Of a stretch of DNA of 64,000 bases, positions 35,876 to 45,093 are shown piece by piece; within the stretch, counting starts at the first letter, position 1, and each line of letters begins with the position of its first letter. The notes beneath the pieces were generated by a model that saw only the letters and a program-made list of their open reading frames with translations, searched no databases and was not told where the DNA came from. This DNA comes from an uncultured Dehalococcoidia bacterium (lineage in GTDB: Bacteria; Chloroflexota; Dehalococcoidia; Lucifugimonadales; UBA3495). The translations under genes were made by a program, and so were the position numbers. Where the stretch lies: the NCBI GenBank assembly GCA_964347975.1, contig CAYGAY010000007.1:11066-75065 (forward strand). The letters run 5' to 3'.

Positions 35876-36991
35876 TTATTTCTGGATAATCTTGCAGTAG
35901 TCCATGACTTGGCGGAGGCCGTTGCTTTTCCACTTGGCTATTATGGCTGCCGGTTGTGCGGGTTCCTTCACGGTAGCCGTCATCATCTGCATTGTGTCCG
36001 CCAGGGGTTGCGGGTTTTCTATCCGGCGTAGCGTTGGCTTAAGCTCGCCTATTGTGCCGGCATTTATCTGGGAACGGGAATTGGACAGTACAACCCACTT
36101 GCTGCTGATGGTAGCCAGAACTGGCGGGCCGTACTTTCTCTTCTTGTCCGGGTCCAGCCTTTCCTCATAGAAATCCAGGTCAATCAGCGCGCTGCGGTGT
36201 TTCCGGTCACGCATACGCCGGATTAGTTCGTCCGGCGTCGCTTCTCGGAGTTGCCAGTGGTTGCGCACCTCATTCCAAGCTTCGTCCAGGTCATTCTCTT
36301 CGGCTGGGGAAAGACGCAGGTCTCCGGCAAACTCGGAGAGATTGGCAGTGTATTCAATCAAAGCGTCCAAGTCATCGTCCTGGTACTGCTTGACCGGGTT
36401 GCCGCGATAACTCCTGCTGATGTTTGACTCCGCGGTTGCGAGCGTGTGATGCCAGTCAATGTACATAGCGCGGTTGCCGGACGTATCGCACTGGTAGGTG
36501 ACTACCGGAGCATTGCCCGCCGTCTCGTATTTCACCGCCGCATTGCGGAACGATACAGAATCTCGCCCCCCGTAGGACACCCGCTCCATTTGCCAACTGC
36601 CGAATAGCGATTCCCCGGCAATTGGCGCTGGCGTGGCAATGGGCGCCGGGGTTGCGGTGGACAGTTCCGCCGGAGCATTTGTGCTTCCGGGCGTGGGCGT
36701 AACTGTCACGACGCGGGTGACTGGAACTTCGCGGGTTATTTCCACTGGCTGGAAAACCTTCACCGTGCGGGTGACAGGAATTTCTTCTGCGGTAACCACT
36801 TCTTTGACAACTGGAACCTCACGCGTGACTTCCACAGTCTTGACGGTTTCGACCACTCGCGTAACCGGGACTTCCTGGACCACGGAAACCTCACGAGTCA
36901 CTTCTACCTCACGAACCTCGGTCTGAGTAGAGCAAGCAATGACAGCGCCTAGAGTTACGGCTAGCAGAACCATCACAGTAGTGATTCTCAT
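35876..36991 (-). CDS. lipoprotein with N-terminal 'VTREVPV' tandem-repeat stalk and an unknown ~260-aa C-terminal domain
   Basis: Start ATG 36991 (GGGAG RBS). Signal and lipobox MRITTVMVLLAVTLGAVIAC. About 8 degenerate repeats follow: EVREVEVTREVSVVQEVPVTRVVETVKTVEVTREVPVVKEVVTAEEIPVTRTVKVFQPVEITREVPVTRVV. Confidence 0.6.
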   Translation of the reverse strand: MRITTVMVLLAVTLGAVIACSTQTEVREVEVTREVSVVQEVPVTRVVETVKTVEVTREVPVVKEVVTAEEIPVTRTVKVFQPVEITREVPVTRVVTVTPTPGSTNAPAELSTATPAPIATPAPIAGESLFGSWQMERVSYGGRDSVSFRNAAVKYETAGNAPVVTYQCDTSGNRAMYIDWHHTLATAESNISRSYRGNPVKQYQDDDLDALIEYTANLSEFAGDLRLSPAEENDLDEAWNEVRNHWQLREATPDELIRRMRDRKHRSALIDLDFYEERLDPDKKRKYGPPVLATISSKWVVLSNSRSQINAGTIGELKPTLRRIENPQPLADTMQMMTATVKEPAQPAAIIAKWKSNGLRQVMDYCKIIQK

Positions 36992-37129
36992 TGGTTGCTC
37001 CCTCGGCTGCGTGGTGAGTAGGTTCTGTTTTGCGCTTGATTGTTCGCTATCTGCCAAAAGGCAATGTCACCAAAACGGGGCGACCAGTCGGTCGCCCCTT
37101 CGTGTGCGCGTCTTGCGGCGGCGGAACGG

Positions 37130-37609
37130 CTATCCTGCCCGCATCTTCTCCCCCGCGTCCAGCACGGCGCGGACGATTTTGTCGTAGCCGGTGCAGCGGC
37201 AGAGGTTGCCGGCCAGCCAGTGGCGGATGCGGCCTTCGTCGGCGTCCGGCTCGGCGTCCAGGAGGGCCTTGGCGGCCACGATGAAGCCGGGCGTGCAGAT
37301 GCCGCACTGCAATGCCGCGTTCTCCAGGAACGCCTGCTGAATGGGGTGGAGACCATCAGCGGAGGCGACGCCTTCAATGGTATTCACCTGGGCGCCCTCG
37401 GCTTCGACGCCCAGCACCAGGCAGGAGCATACGATGCGGCCGTCGAGGTCGACGGTGCAGGCTCCGCAGTTGCCGTCGTTGCAACCTTCCTTGGAGCCGG
37501 TCATGCCGACGACGTCGCGCAGACACTCCAACAGGCTCTGCCGCGGCTCGCAGAGAAAGTGCGTCTCGTTGCCGTTGATGGTGGTAGTTACGTGGACAAG
37601 TCCGGGCAT
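37130..37609 (-). CDS. (2Fe-2S)-binding small subunit of Mo-hydroxylase (CoxS-like)
   Basis: CNDGNCGACTV and CGICTPG cluster motifs. Confidence 0.9.
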   Translation of the reverse strand: MPGLVHVTTTINGNETHFLCEPRQSLLECLRDVVGMTGSKEGCNDGNCGACTVDLDGRIVCSCLVLGVEAEGAQVNTIEGVASADGLHPIQQAFLENAALQCGICTPGFIVAAKALLDAEPDADEGRIRHWLAGNLCRCTGYDKIVRAVLDAGEKMRAG

Positions 37610-37611
37610 TG

Positions 37612-38493
37612 TTATTCCTCCCCTCGGGCGCGCCGGATGGCAATATTCAGGGTGCGGCGGGTCAGCACGTCCACCAGGTGGTGGCGCTGGCGGATGGTGC
37701 CGCGCATATCGGTGATGGGGGTAGCGGCTTCGCTGGCCAGGCGGCCAGCCTCGGCGATGGCCTCATCGGAAACGGCCTTGCCGGCCAGGCTGTCGCCGGC
37801 GGCGGCGGCCAGGATGGGCGTCGGGCCGACCGATGCCAGGGCGATGCGGGCCGAGACGAAGTTCTGGCCCGATGCGTCCAGCGCCACCGAGGAGGAAACG
37901 CCGGCCACGGCGATGTCCATCTCATTGCGGGGGATGAACCGCAGGTACGCGGTGCCGGAGTTGGCGGCCGGCGCCGGAATCTGAACGGCGACCAGCAGTT
38001 CGTCAGGCTCCAGAACGGTGCGGCCCGGTCCGGTGCAGAAATCTTCGGTGGGCACGGTGCGCCAGCCGTTGGGGCCGTTGACATGGGCCTCGCCGCCGAG
38101 AGTGATCACCGGCGGGATGGTGTCGCCGGACGGGGCGGCGTTACACAGATTGCCGCCAACGGTCGCGCGGCCCTGGATCTGGATGCTGCCGATCATGCCG
38201 GCGGCGTCAATGAGACCGGGATAAGCAGCGGCTACGGCCTGGTCCTGGTAGATCCGGTAACACGGTACGGCGGCGCCGAGTTGCAGGCCGCTATCGTTCA
38301 GGTTGAGGCCGTTCAACTCGGGAATCTTCTTCGTGTCAACCAGCACGTCAATCTCGCGACGTCCACCGCGCAGCTGCACCAAGATGTCAGTGCCGCCGGC
38401 CAACGCGCGGGCACGGTCGCCGTGTTGCGCCATTATGGACACGGCGTCGCTGAGGGAAGTAGGGGCTTGGTAATCAATAGCTCGCATGGGCAC
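37612..38493 (-). CDS. FAD-binding medium subunit of Mo-hydroxylase (CoxM-like)
   Basis: 293 aa. ALAGGTDILVQL and GNLCNAAPSGD motifs. Its stop abuts the small-subunit start. Confidence 0.85.
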   Translation of the reverse strand: MPMRAIDYQAPTSLSDAVSIMAQHGDRARALAGGTDILVQLRGGRREIDVLVDTKKIPELNGLNLNDSGLQLGAAVPCYRIYQDQAVAAAYPGLIDAAGMIGSIQIQGRATVGGNLCNAAPSGDTIPPVITLGGEAHVNGPNGWRTVPTEDFCTGPGRTVLEPDELLVAVQIPAPAANSGTAYLRFIPRNEMDIAVAGVSSSVALDASGQNFVSARIALASVGPTPILAAAAGDSLAGKAVSDEAIAEAGRLASEAATPITDMRGTIRQRHHLVDVLTRRTLNIAIRRARGEE

Positions 38494-38665
38494 CTCCTGC
38501 GGCGCAGATTATAGCACGAACGACGGCGCTGTCAGCCGCCCGTTTTCGTGCCGGGCGGCTATGCTGCCGCGGGCGCGCCGGCCCGTGGGGACGGCGCGCC
38601 AGGGAACGGCGGCTATGATACCCCCGTACCCGGCGCGACGCAAACGGAACGGCGCGGCTTCTCCA

Positions 38666-39919
38666 TCAAACTGCGCCCTCTGCTTCCAGTTCCGCTAACT
38701 GTTCCGTCGTCAGGCCACCCAGACTGCACAGGATCTCCGCGTTGTGCTCCCCCAATCTCGGAGGAGTGCCGGTGGCGGCCGGCCGGCACGCCGTCAGTTG
38801 GATCGGCGTCGCCAGCGACCGGAAAGTCCCGCCCAGCGAGTCCCCGATGTCAACGTACATCCCCCGCGCTTCGAGCTGTGGACAGTTCGACAAATCAGCT
38901 ACGTTTTGCGCCACGCCCATGGAGAACCCCAGCTCCGTCAACCGTCCGGCTACTTCCCACTTGGGCCGCTGCGCCGACCATTCCTCAATCGCCGGTATCA
39001 CTTGCTCGAAAACAAAGTCGGCGTCGGGAAACTGTTGCAGGTATCGCTCGTCCTGCTCCGGCAGGTCGCTGCGCCCGACCAGCTCCCACAGCGCTGTCAA
39101 ACGCTGTGGGCTGCGCACGCCGGCCATCACGACGTAACCGTCGGCGGCCCGGAACACCAGGCCCGGGCCCAGGGACGCCTGACGAGTGCGCCCGGCCAGC
39201 CGTCCTGATTCTTCCCCGGTAGCCTGATATGCGTTCATGTTGCTGACCAGGTGAGAGACCATGCACTCGTACATTGCCACATCGACGTGCTGACCGACTC
39301 CCGTCTGTCTCCGCGTTTCCAACGCCAATAAGATGCCGAGGGCAGCCCAGACGCCCGGCACCGAGTCGCCGATGTTGTCTCCCACGGCCTGGGGCGTGCC
39401 ACCGGGCTCCCCGGTGACCTCCATCCAGCCCGACATTGCCTGGATCGCCAGGTTGTTGGCGGGCCAGTCGGAGTAGGGCCCCCGCGCGCCGTCGCCGTAG
39501 CCGGTTATTTCAGCGTAAATCAGTCGCGGGTTGATTTCACGAAGCCGGTCGTAGCCCAAACCCAGCCGCCGGAACGCCCCCGGCCCCCAGTTGTCCAGCA
39601 GCACGTCCGAATTAGCTGCCAGCTTTTCAAATGCGCCCTTGCAGACGTCATTCCGCAAGTCCAGCGTCACCGATTTCTTGTTGCGGTTCACGCCCAGGAA
39701 CCGGCTGCTTACCCGGCCCGTAGCGTCATCTCCGATGAACGGTTGCCGGCCCCGCGCCGCATCCCCCGTCCGAGGCCGCTCAATCTTGATAACCTCCGCG
39801 CCCATGTCGGCGAGGATGAGAGAGCAGAACGGCCCGGCCACGATGTGCGTGGCGTCCAGCACGCGGATGCCGGTCAGGGGGAGGGGAAGGTTCGCGGGAG
39901 TGCCGGAGTTGGCAGACAT
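38666..39919 (-). CDS. CaiB/BaiF family (type III) CoA-transferase
   Basis: GIRVLDATHIVAGPFCSLILADMGAEVIKIERP N-terminal signature. Confidence 0.85.
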   Translation of the reverse strand: MSANSGTPANLPLPLTGIRVLDATHIVAGPFCSLILADMGAEVIKIERPRTGDAARGRQPFIGDDATGRVSSRFLGVNRNKKSVTLDLRNDVCKGAFEKLAANSDVLLDNWGPGAFRRLGLGYDRLREINPRLIYAEITGYGDGARGPYSDWPANNLAIQAMSGWMEVTGEPGGTPQAVGDNIGDSVPGVWAALGILLALETRRQTGVGQHVDVAMYECMVSHLVSNMNAYQATGEESGRLAGRTRQASLGPGLVFRAADGYVVMAGVRSPQRLTALWELVGRSDLPEQDERYLQQFPDADFVFEQVIPAIEEWSAQRPKWEVAGRLTELGFSMGVAQNVADLSNCPQLEARGMYVDIGDSLGGTFRSLATPIQLTACRPAATGTPPRLGEHNAEILCSLGGLTTEQLAELEAEGAV

Positions 39920-39968
39920 TGTTTGATACTCACTTGCGAGGCATGATTAGGAAGATCGAGTTATGCGA

Positions 39969-40377
39969 TTATCGGCTGAGGGCACGGTCGGCGGCACGCA
40001 TTAGCAACTGCGCGTATGCAGTGGCGACGCCGATACTGTGTTGAAGATCCTGGAGTGTCAAGTTGAGGTGGTAGAAGTGGTTGTGCAACTGCTGCTGTCT
40101 ATTGTAAAGGCACGAAGCGATCTGACCCTCGGAAAGAGTGAGTCCTGTGATTCGGCGAATGGCACTAGAGAAAGTGGCGCTGGTATTGGGGGGCTAGGTG
40201 AGGATTGCCAAAGCGGTCCGGAGGCTGCATTTCGTGGTCAGGGTCGGCGGCGCTGACGGCGTGGACAATGACGCCCCATACGAATTCACCAGCAGCAAGA
40301 TACTGGCCAAGGTTAAAAAGCTCCGCGGCCAGCGCCGTCAGGTTACGGGATTCGTTGAGATGCGTTAGCGCATCCAA
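39969..40377 (-). pseudogene. PaREP1/HEPN-like gene interrupted by a frameshift at a G6/C6 run
   Basis: ORF 40165-40377 (MDALTHLNES...EFVWGVIVHAV...QYQRHFL*) continues in another frame as ...IRRITGLTLSEGQIASCLYNRQQQLHNHFYHLNLTL...AADRALSR* ending at 39969. The frames change near the homopolymer at 40188-40193. The LHNHFY motif parallels LHENFYE in 47674-48033. Confidence 0.55.
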
Positions 40378-40868
40378 ATGGATGGGGCCCTGGGTTGCGC
40401 CGTTTCTACCTTTTCGATGAGCTCTCGGACAGCAGGCAAAAATATAACGTATTCGTCGGGTTGCCAGTGGGTAAGTTCGGCGGGAGATTCCCCATGCCGC
40501 TTGAATTCTTCCGCTACGTTGAAAGCCCCAACGAACTCGGGTATCGGCAGTTGGGGCGCTTGGTCATCAGTGACCCAATCGAAAATTGCGGTATTTCGCG
40601 GCCAATCGCCAGGTTCTGTGGGCAAGCCGTCCAGCCATCGGACGAATTCTCGAGCGTCTGCCACGGTTTTGCAGTGCCGGTTGTGCCGCCGCGCCGCATC
40701 AGCGACCGCCCGGAATGCGGCATCATAGGCCAGGCGCGCGCCTTCCTGGACGCGGCCGGCCGCGATGTGGTCTGCGGCCGCGTCCAGCGTTTCCATGGGG
40801 GTAGGCACCGCTGCTGCTCTCTCCGTTGGCGGGGGCCGGCTGGTGGAATTATCGGTCATCGCAGGCAA
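40365..40868 (-). CDS. hypothetical protein (helical, possibly PaREP1/HEPN-related)
   Basis: 167-aa ORF overlapping both neighbours by 13-20 nt. AADHIAAGRVQEGARLAYDAAFRAVADAARRH resembles the N-terminal helix pair of the neighbouring PaREP1-like genes. The start is uncertain (alternative ATG 40796). Confidence 0.4.
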   Translation of the reverse strand: MPAMTDNSTSRPPPTERAAAVPTPMETLDAAADHIAAGRVQEGARLAYDAAFRAVADAARRHNRHCKTVADAREFVRWLDGLPTEPGDWPRNTAIFDWVTDDQAPQLPIPEFVGAFNVAEEFKRHGESPAELTHWQPDEYVIFLPAVRELIEKVETAQPRAPSIWMR

Positions 40869-41286
40869 CCTCTACCGGGGTTTCCAGTGCTACTACGGAG
40901 GGCAGATGCACAACCGCCGGCTCCAGACTCTGCCCGTCCGGGGCAACTTGCAGCGCAAAAGCCGACAGCGCCGTCCGCCCCAACACATACCGACCTTCCG
41001 GTCCAAATATGACCGGGCAAGGCCACTGCTCACCCCCGATTTCCAACAGCGCCGTGCCTTCATAGTATTCCGCAACGCTGCCGTCGCTCCGCTTGAACGT
41101 TGTCCGCTCCCGCGGTTCGACGCCCAGACCAAGCAGGAGTGACTCCGGAAGCATCGTAAAGGACGCCTTGCTGCCTGCCAGCGCTGATATTGGCGCCAAT
41201 TCCCCGTTTCCCATTTTCCCATCAAAAGTCGGCGCGTATTTTCCGACTTTGATCGGCACATGAAAAGCAGCCACGATCCACCTCAT
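40849..41286 (-). CDS. retropepsin-like (clan AA) domain protein lacking the catalytic DTG
   Basis: The fold-typical pattern ...ISALAGSKASFTMLPESLLLGLGVEP...GGEQWPCPVIFGPEGRYVLGRTALSAF aligns with 41222-41515, but DTGAS is replaced by AGSKAS. Confidence 0.45.
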   Translation of the reverse strand: MRWIVAAFHVPIKVGKYAPTFDGKMGNGELAPISALAGSKASFTMLPESLLLGLGVEPRERTTFKRSDGSVAEYYEGTALLEIGGEQWPCPVIFGPEGRYVLGRTALSAFALQVAPDGQSLEPAVVHLPSVVALETPVEVACDDR

Positions 41287-41515
41287 CTTTTGCCGCGTGT
41301 GCGAACTGTCCGACCGCGCCTAGAGCATACTCCACCCGCCTGCCGTCGGCTACCGAAAACCCGAGTCTTCGCGTTCCCTCGGCGATTCCCAGCCTTCGCA
41401 AAAGCGATGCCGGCACCATCGAATAACTTGCCCCGGTGTCAACCAGCGCCGACACGAAAACCATACCACCGCCCGCCGGGTTGCCGACCCCAATCCTTTC
41501 GTAAAATGTCCCCAT
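41222..41515 (-). CDS. retropepsin-like (clan AA) aspartic protease, possibly 3'-truncated or frameshifted
   Basis: MGTFYERIGVGNP...FVSALVDTGASYSMVPASLLRRLGI has the DTGA active site. The C-terminus (…DEVDRGCFSCADQSRKIRADF) does not look like the family. It overlaps the next ORF by 65 nt in another frame. Confidence 0.5.
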   Translation of the reverse strand: MGTFYERIGVGNPAGGGMVFVSALVDTGASYSMVPASLLRRLGIAEGTRRLGFSVADGRRVEYALGAVGQFAHAAKDEVDRGCFSCADQSRKIRADF

Positions 41516-41541
41516 CCTGTGCCCCGACGAGTTTGGCAGCC

Positions 41542-42405
41542 CTAATCATCAGCCGTTTCGCGTTCTGCTATAACCCGTCTGATAACGCGGAGATAATTGG
41601 ATAACTGCTCGTGCAACCAGTCCGCCATCTGAGGCCAATTGTCCCGGTCATAGACTTTCTCCACCGCCAACCACGACTCGGCATCAGGGTCATTGCGCAA
41701 CGCCGCGTTGCAATCTTCCGGCCGACTATGTTGCAGATATATGCCAACTCCGCTTTGAGCAATGTACTGCGAGATTACCACGCCGGCATCGAGGCGGTGA
41801 AAGACATTGCTGTTGACATGGTTTGGGCGCAAATCTATGTCATCAGGGTGACGCTGGGCGTAAAACTGCCAGAAGCCTTGCCGCAATTGGCGAAGTCGAG
41901 CCGTGCGTTCTGTCGGTTGCCGCACGGATTCGCGGACTTGCATATCCCAATCGATGGGCCGTTCCAACACGTCGAAGACAGGTACCATTGGAGAGTCCGC
42001 AATTTGCAGGACACGAACTCGCACGGCAAAAAACGCGAACGGTTCTACCGTATGCTCGTTCAACCAGCGAATAGCGGAGAGGTGGGCTTCGGTAAAATGC
42101 TGGGAAATCCAGACAATGGTTTGTGCTTCCAGGCCGGCGAGGTAGGTAAGAACCTTACCCAAGTGATCGTGGTCCGTCCACCCGTATTGATTCTCAATCA
42201 ATACCCGGCTGCCGTTCCCTGGGTTTGTGGCAAGAATATCGGCGGAAAATTGCTCCACCGCAACCTCGGTGCCTTCCAACTCTAACCTAATCCCAATCAC
42301 TTGCGAAAGATACTCCAGATTGTCGGCCAGCCACGGCGTGAAGTTGTGAGCCTCATGGGGCCACACGTCACGCAAATTCACATCTTTCAGTTCGCCGAAT
42401 TCCAT
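41542..42405 (-). CDS. PD-(D/E)XK-like nuclease / DUF4268-type protein
   Basis: LRDVWPHEAHNFTPWLADNLEYL...DILATNPGNGSRVLIENQYGWTDHDHLGKVLTYLAG matches the family pattern as I recall it. The start was set to ATG 42405. Confidence 0.5.
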   Translation of the reverse strand: MEFGELKDVNLRDVWPHEAHNFTPWLADNLEYLSQVIGIRLELEGTEVAVEQFSADILATNPGNGSRVLIENQYGWTDHDHLGKVLTYLAGLEAQTIVWISQHFTEAHLSAIRWLNEHTVEPFAFFAVRVRVLQIADSPMVPVFDVLERPIDWDMQVRESVRQPTERTARLRQLRQGFWQFYAQRHPDDIDLRPNHVNSNVFHRLDAGVVISQYIAQSGVGIYLQHSRPEDCNAALRNDPDAESWLAVEKVYDRDNWPQMADWLHEQLSNYLRVIRRVIAERETADD

Positions 42406-42431
42406 AACAGCACCCCCGTAATTGTCGTTGG

Positions 42432-43217
42432 TTATGACACATACTCCGCCAGCGACCGCAGCGCCGCCCGCGCTCCCTTCCGCATCGGCTCGAAGTGGCT
42501 GAAGCATATCACCTCAAAATCCAGCAACGCCAGTTTCCGCACCGACTCCTTGGCCGCCTCCATATCGCTGGAAAACCACCGTGAGGGCAGCGTCAGCTGA
42601 TCCTGATAACGCTGCACCGCGTCGGCCACCAGCAATGCCCCTTCGTTGGGAAAGTGCAGGCTGATGCTCCCCGGTGTATGACCCGGCGTATGCACCACCC
42701 TTGCGCCACCCAGCAGAGGCAAATGATCGCCGTCATCCAACGTGCGCGCCACCGGCACATGAGCCGGTTTCGTCGGCGCAAGCAAAGGCCACAGCAATGG
42801 ACGCAGCCACTTCGGCTTTACGGGATTCGGCATTCCTCGCCCGGGCTCTCCCGCCAGATGCGGGGCCTCTACTCGATGTGCCGCCACCGGCGCCTTCGTG
42901 GCGCGGTGCAATCTCGCCATCCCGCCCACGTGGTCCGGATGGAAATGCGTTGAAATAAGGCTGCTGACCGACTGCGGCCCATACCCCAGCCGCTTCAGAT
43001 AGCTCAGTACGCGGCCGTCGTGAAAGTATCGCCATCCCGAATCTATTATGGTTACCGACGGCTCCCCGGTTTCGGCATCCGGCGTAATTACCAGAAAGGC
43101 GCTGGTGGTCAGCATACCGCGCTGGTACAATCCCGGCATCACCTCGCCCACCCGCGCCCTTGGGCCCGGTATGCTGGGTCGCCGGTAGATGGAAACGTCA
43201 GGAGGCGGCCAGTCCAT
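42432..43217 (-). CDS. MBL-fold metallo-hydrolase
   Basis: ISTHFHPDHVGG motif and a later HTPGHTPGS. Confidence 0.8.
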   Translation of the reverse strand: MDWPPPDVSIYRRPSIPGPRARVGEVMPGLYQRGMLTTSAFLVITPDAETGEPSVTIIDSGWRYFHDGRVLSYLKRLGYGPQSVSSLISTHFHPDHVGGMARLHRATKAPVAAHRVEAPHLAGEPGRGMPNPVKPKWLRPLLWPLLAPTKPAHVPVARTLDDGDHLPLLGGARVVHTPGHTPGSISLHFPNEGALLVADAVQRYQDQLTLPSRWFSSDMEAAKESVRKLALLDFEVICFSHFEPMRKGARAALRSLAEYVS

Positions 43218-43248
43218 ACATCATGCAGATCCGGGGCATCGATGTAGA

Positions 43249-44649
43249 TCAGCCCCGCAGGTCAATCACCCGCCGCGCCTTGAACTGGGTACGCTCGAAC
43301 TCCCCCTCCGGTTTCAGGTCCACCGAAACCCCGACGCCCAGCGCCCGTCGCAGCGTATCCGCCCATTGGTTTCGGAGCGCTTCCAGACCCGCCGGCCCGC
43401 TTTCGCCGGCCGACGCCCATACTCCGGCGGCCACCTCAGTCTGCACCGTCAGCCGGTCCAGGTAGCCGCGTTCCCGTTCCACCACCAGCCGGAACTCGCC
43501 GCCGAACTCCTCGAGTCCGCGCAGCACGTCTTCAATGCGCGACGGAAAGACGTTCTGGCCCCGGATGATCAGCATATCGTCCGCCCGTCCGTAGATACCC
43601 CGGGTCAGCGTCGGATACGTCCGCCCGCAGGGACAGTCCACCATTTCCCATTGCGCGATGTCCCCGGACCAGTACCGGATCATCGGCTGCGACTCCCGCT
43701 CCAAGTGTGTGTACACCGGCACGCCTTCGCCGCCCATGGGGACAGGTTCGCCGGTCTCGGCGCCCACCAGCTCGGTGTACACGATATCCTGCCACAGGTG
43801 CATTCCCCGTTCCAGGTAGCGGCAGCCCGCATTGGTCATCCACGGTGTCATCTCGGCCATGCTACCCTGATCCACCACATAGCATCCGAAAGCGTCCTCG
43901 ATGGCCTGCCGCGTCGCGGGTACGCTGGCCCCCGGTTCGCCGCTGAAGAACATCAACCGGAAGGCGAAATCCGTTCCGGGATCAACCCCCATCTCCCTTG
44001 CCGTTTCCGCCAGGTACAGCGCGTAGGACGGCGTGGCGTACAGCGCCTCCGGGCGGACCAGCTGCGCCCATTCCACCGCTCGCTCAGTCTGACCCGGCGC
44101 GCCGGCGCCGAAGGGAAAACACGTCGCGCCGAGCCGTTCTGCTCCAACCAGCGCGCCCCAACTGCCCACGTACAGGCTGAACACTGCCGCGACCATCACC
44201 GTATCCCCGGGTCGCACTCCCGCGGCCCACAGGATCCGCGCGTGGGCCGCGCCGATGCGTTCCCAGTCCCCCCGGCTGATGCCGAACACCGTCGGCCGGC
44301 CCGTGGTGCCCGACGTCCCATGAATCCGGTACACCTCCCTGGGATCAACGCACAAAAACCTCCCGTATGGCGGATACGCCTCCTGCTCGACGCGCACCTC
44401 CTCCTTGGTCAGTATCGGCAGCTGCGCAAATTCCTCGAGGCTGCGCAAGTTTCCCGGGTCAACCGGCGCATTGCGCCAGAACTCCCGGTAGAACCCCGAG
44501 CGTTCCCAGGCGTACCGGACCTGCCCGCGCAATTTCTCCAGGATGACGCCATCTCGCTCCGCTAGCGGCATCGTTTCCAGCCGGGCGTCCCAATGCTCCG
44601 CATTCCCGACGGGCACGTAACTGGGATGGTAGGTCGGCGGCCAGGTCAT
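43249..44649 (-). CDS. phenylacetate-CoA ligase family (PaaK / F390-synthetase-like) adenylate-forming enzyme
   Basis: HGTSGTTGRPT AMP-binding motif and the C-terminal NVFPSRIEDVL. Confidence 0.8.
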   Translation of the reverse strand: MTWPPTYHPSYVPVGNAEHWDARLETMPLAERDGVILEKLRGQVRYAWERSGFYREFWRNAPVDPGNLRSLEEFAQLPILTKEEVRVEQEAYPPYGRFLCVDPREVYRIHGTSGTTGRPTVFGISRGDWERIGAAHARILWAAGVRPGDTVMVAAVFSLYVGSWGALVGAERLGATCFPFGAGAPGQTERAVEWAQLVRPEALYATPSYALYLAETAREMGVDPGTDFAFRLMFFSGEPGASVPATRQAIEDAFGCYVVDQGSMAEMTPWMTNAGCRYLERGMHLWQDIVYTELVGAETGEPVPMGGEGVPVYTHLERESQPMIRYWSGDIAQWEMVDCPCGRTYPTLTRGIYGRADDMLIIRGQNVFPSRIEDVLRGLEEFGGEFRLVVERERGYLDRLTVQTEVAAGVWASAGESGPAGLEALRNQWADTLRRALGVGVSVDLKPEGEFERTQFKARRVIDLRG

Positions 44650-44655
44650 GCTGCA

Positions 44656-45093
44656 TCAACTCGCCAGGCGTGATCGGATAAACTCCACCATTTCGCCGGT
44701 AAAGCTCCCCACCGGAAACACGCCATCCACGCCGATTTCGCGGAGCCGACCCACGTCAGCATCGGGAATTGTCCCGCCAACCAGCAGCATCACGCCGTCC
44801 TCATCGTCATCGTCGCTCCCGCGCAGACCGTGCCGTTCCAGGGCGTCCACCATCCGGGGCATCAGCCGCATATGGGCTCCCGACAGGATGCTGATGCCAA
44901 CCACGTCCACGTCCTCCTGCGCCGCCGCCGCGGCCACCTGGTCGGCAGTAACGCGCATCCCCAGGTACACCACCTCCATGCCGGCGTCGCGCAGGGCGCG
45001 GGCGATGACCTTCACGCCGCGGTCATGCCCGTCCAGGCCCAGCTTGGCCAAGAGGACGCGCGGAGGAGCGCCGGTGTCGTGCGTAGTTGTCAT
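44656..45093 (-). CDS. methylmalonyl-CoA mutase family, B12-binding small subunit
   Basis: VLLAKLGLDGHDRGVKVIARALRDAGMEVVYLG (DxHxxG B12-binding motif). ATG 45093 overlaps the upstream stop in an ATGA junction. Confidence 0.85.
   Translation of the reverse strand: MTTTHDTGAPPRVLLAKLGLDGHDRGVKVIARALRDAGMEVVYLGMRVTADQVAAAAAQEDVDVVGISILSGAHMRLMPRMVDALERHGLRGSDDDDEDGVMLLVGGTIPDADVGRLREIGVDGVFPVGSFTGEMVEFIRSRLAS

Noticed and set aside
36690-36920. Periodic DNA repeats that could be mistaken for a CRISPR-like or tandem-repeat locus.
   Set aside because: - The period is short and irregular (about 21-33 nt) and there are no unique spacers.
- It lies inside an open reading frame, where it encodes the VTREV protein repeats.
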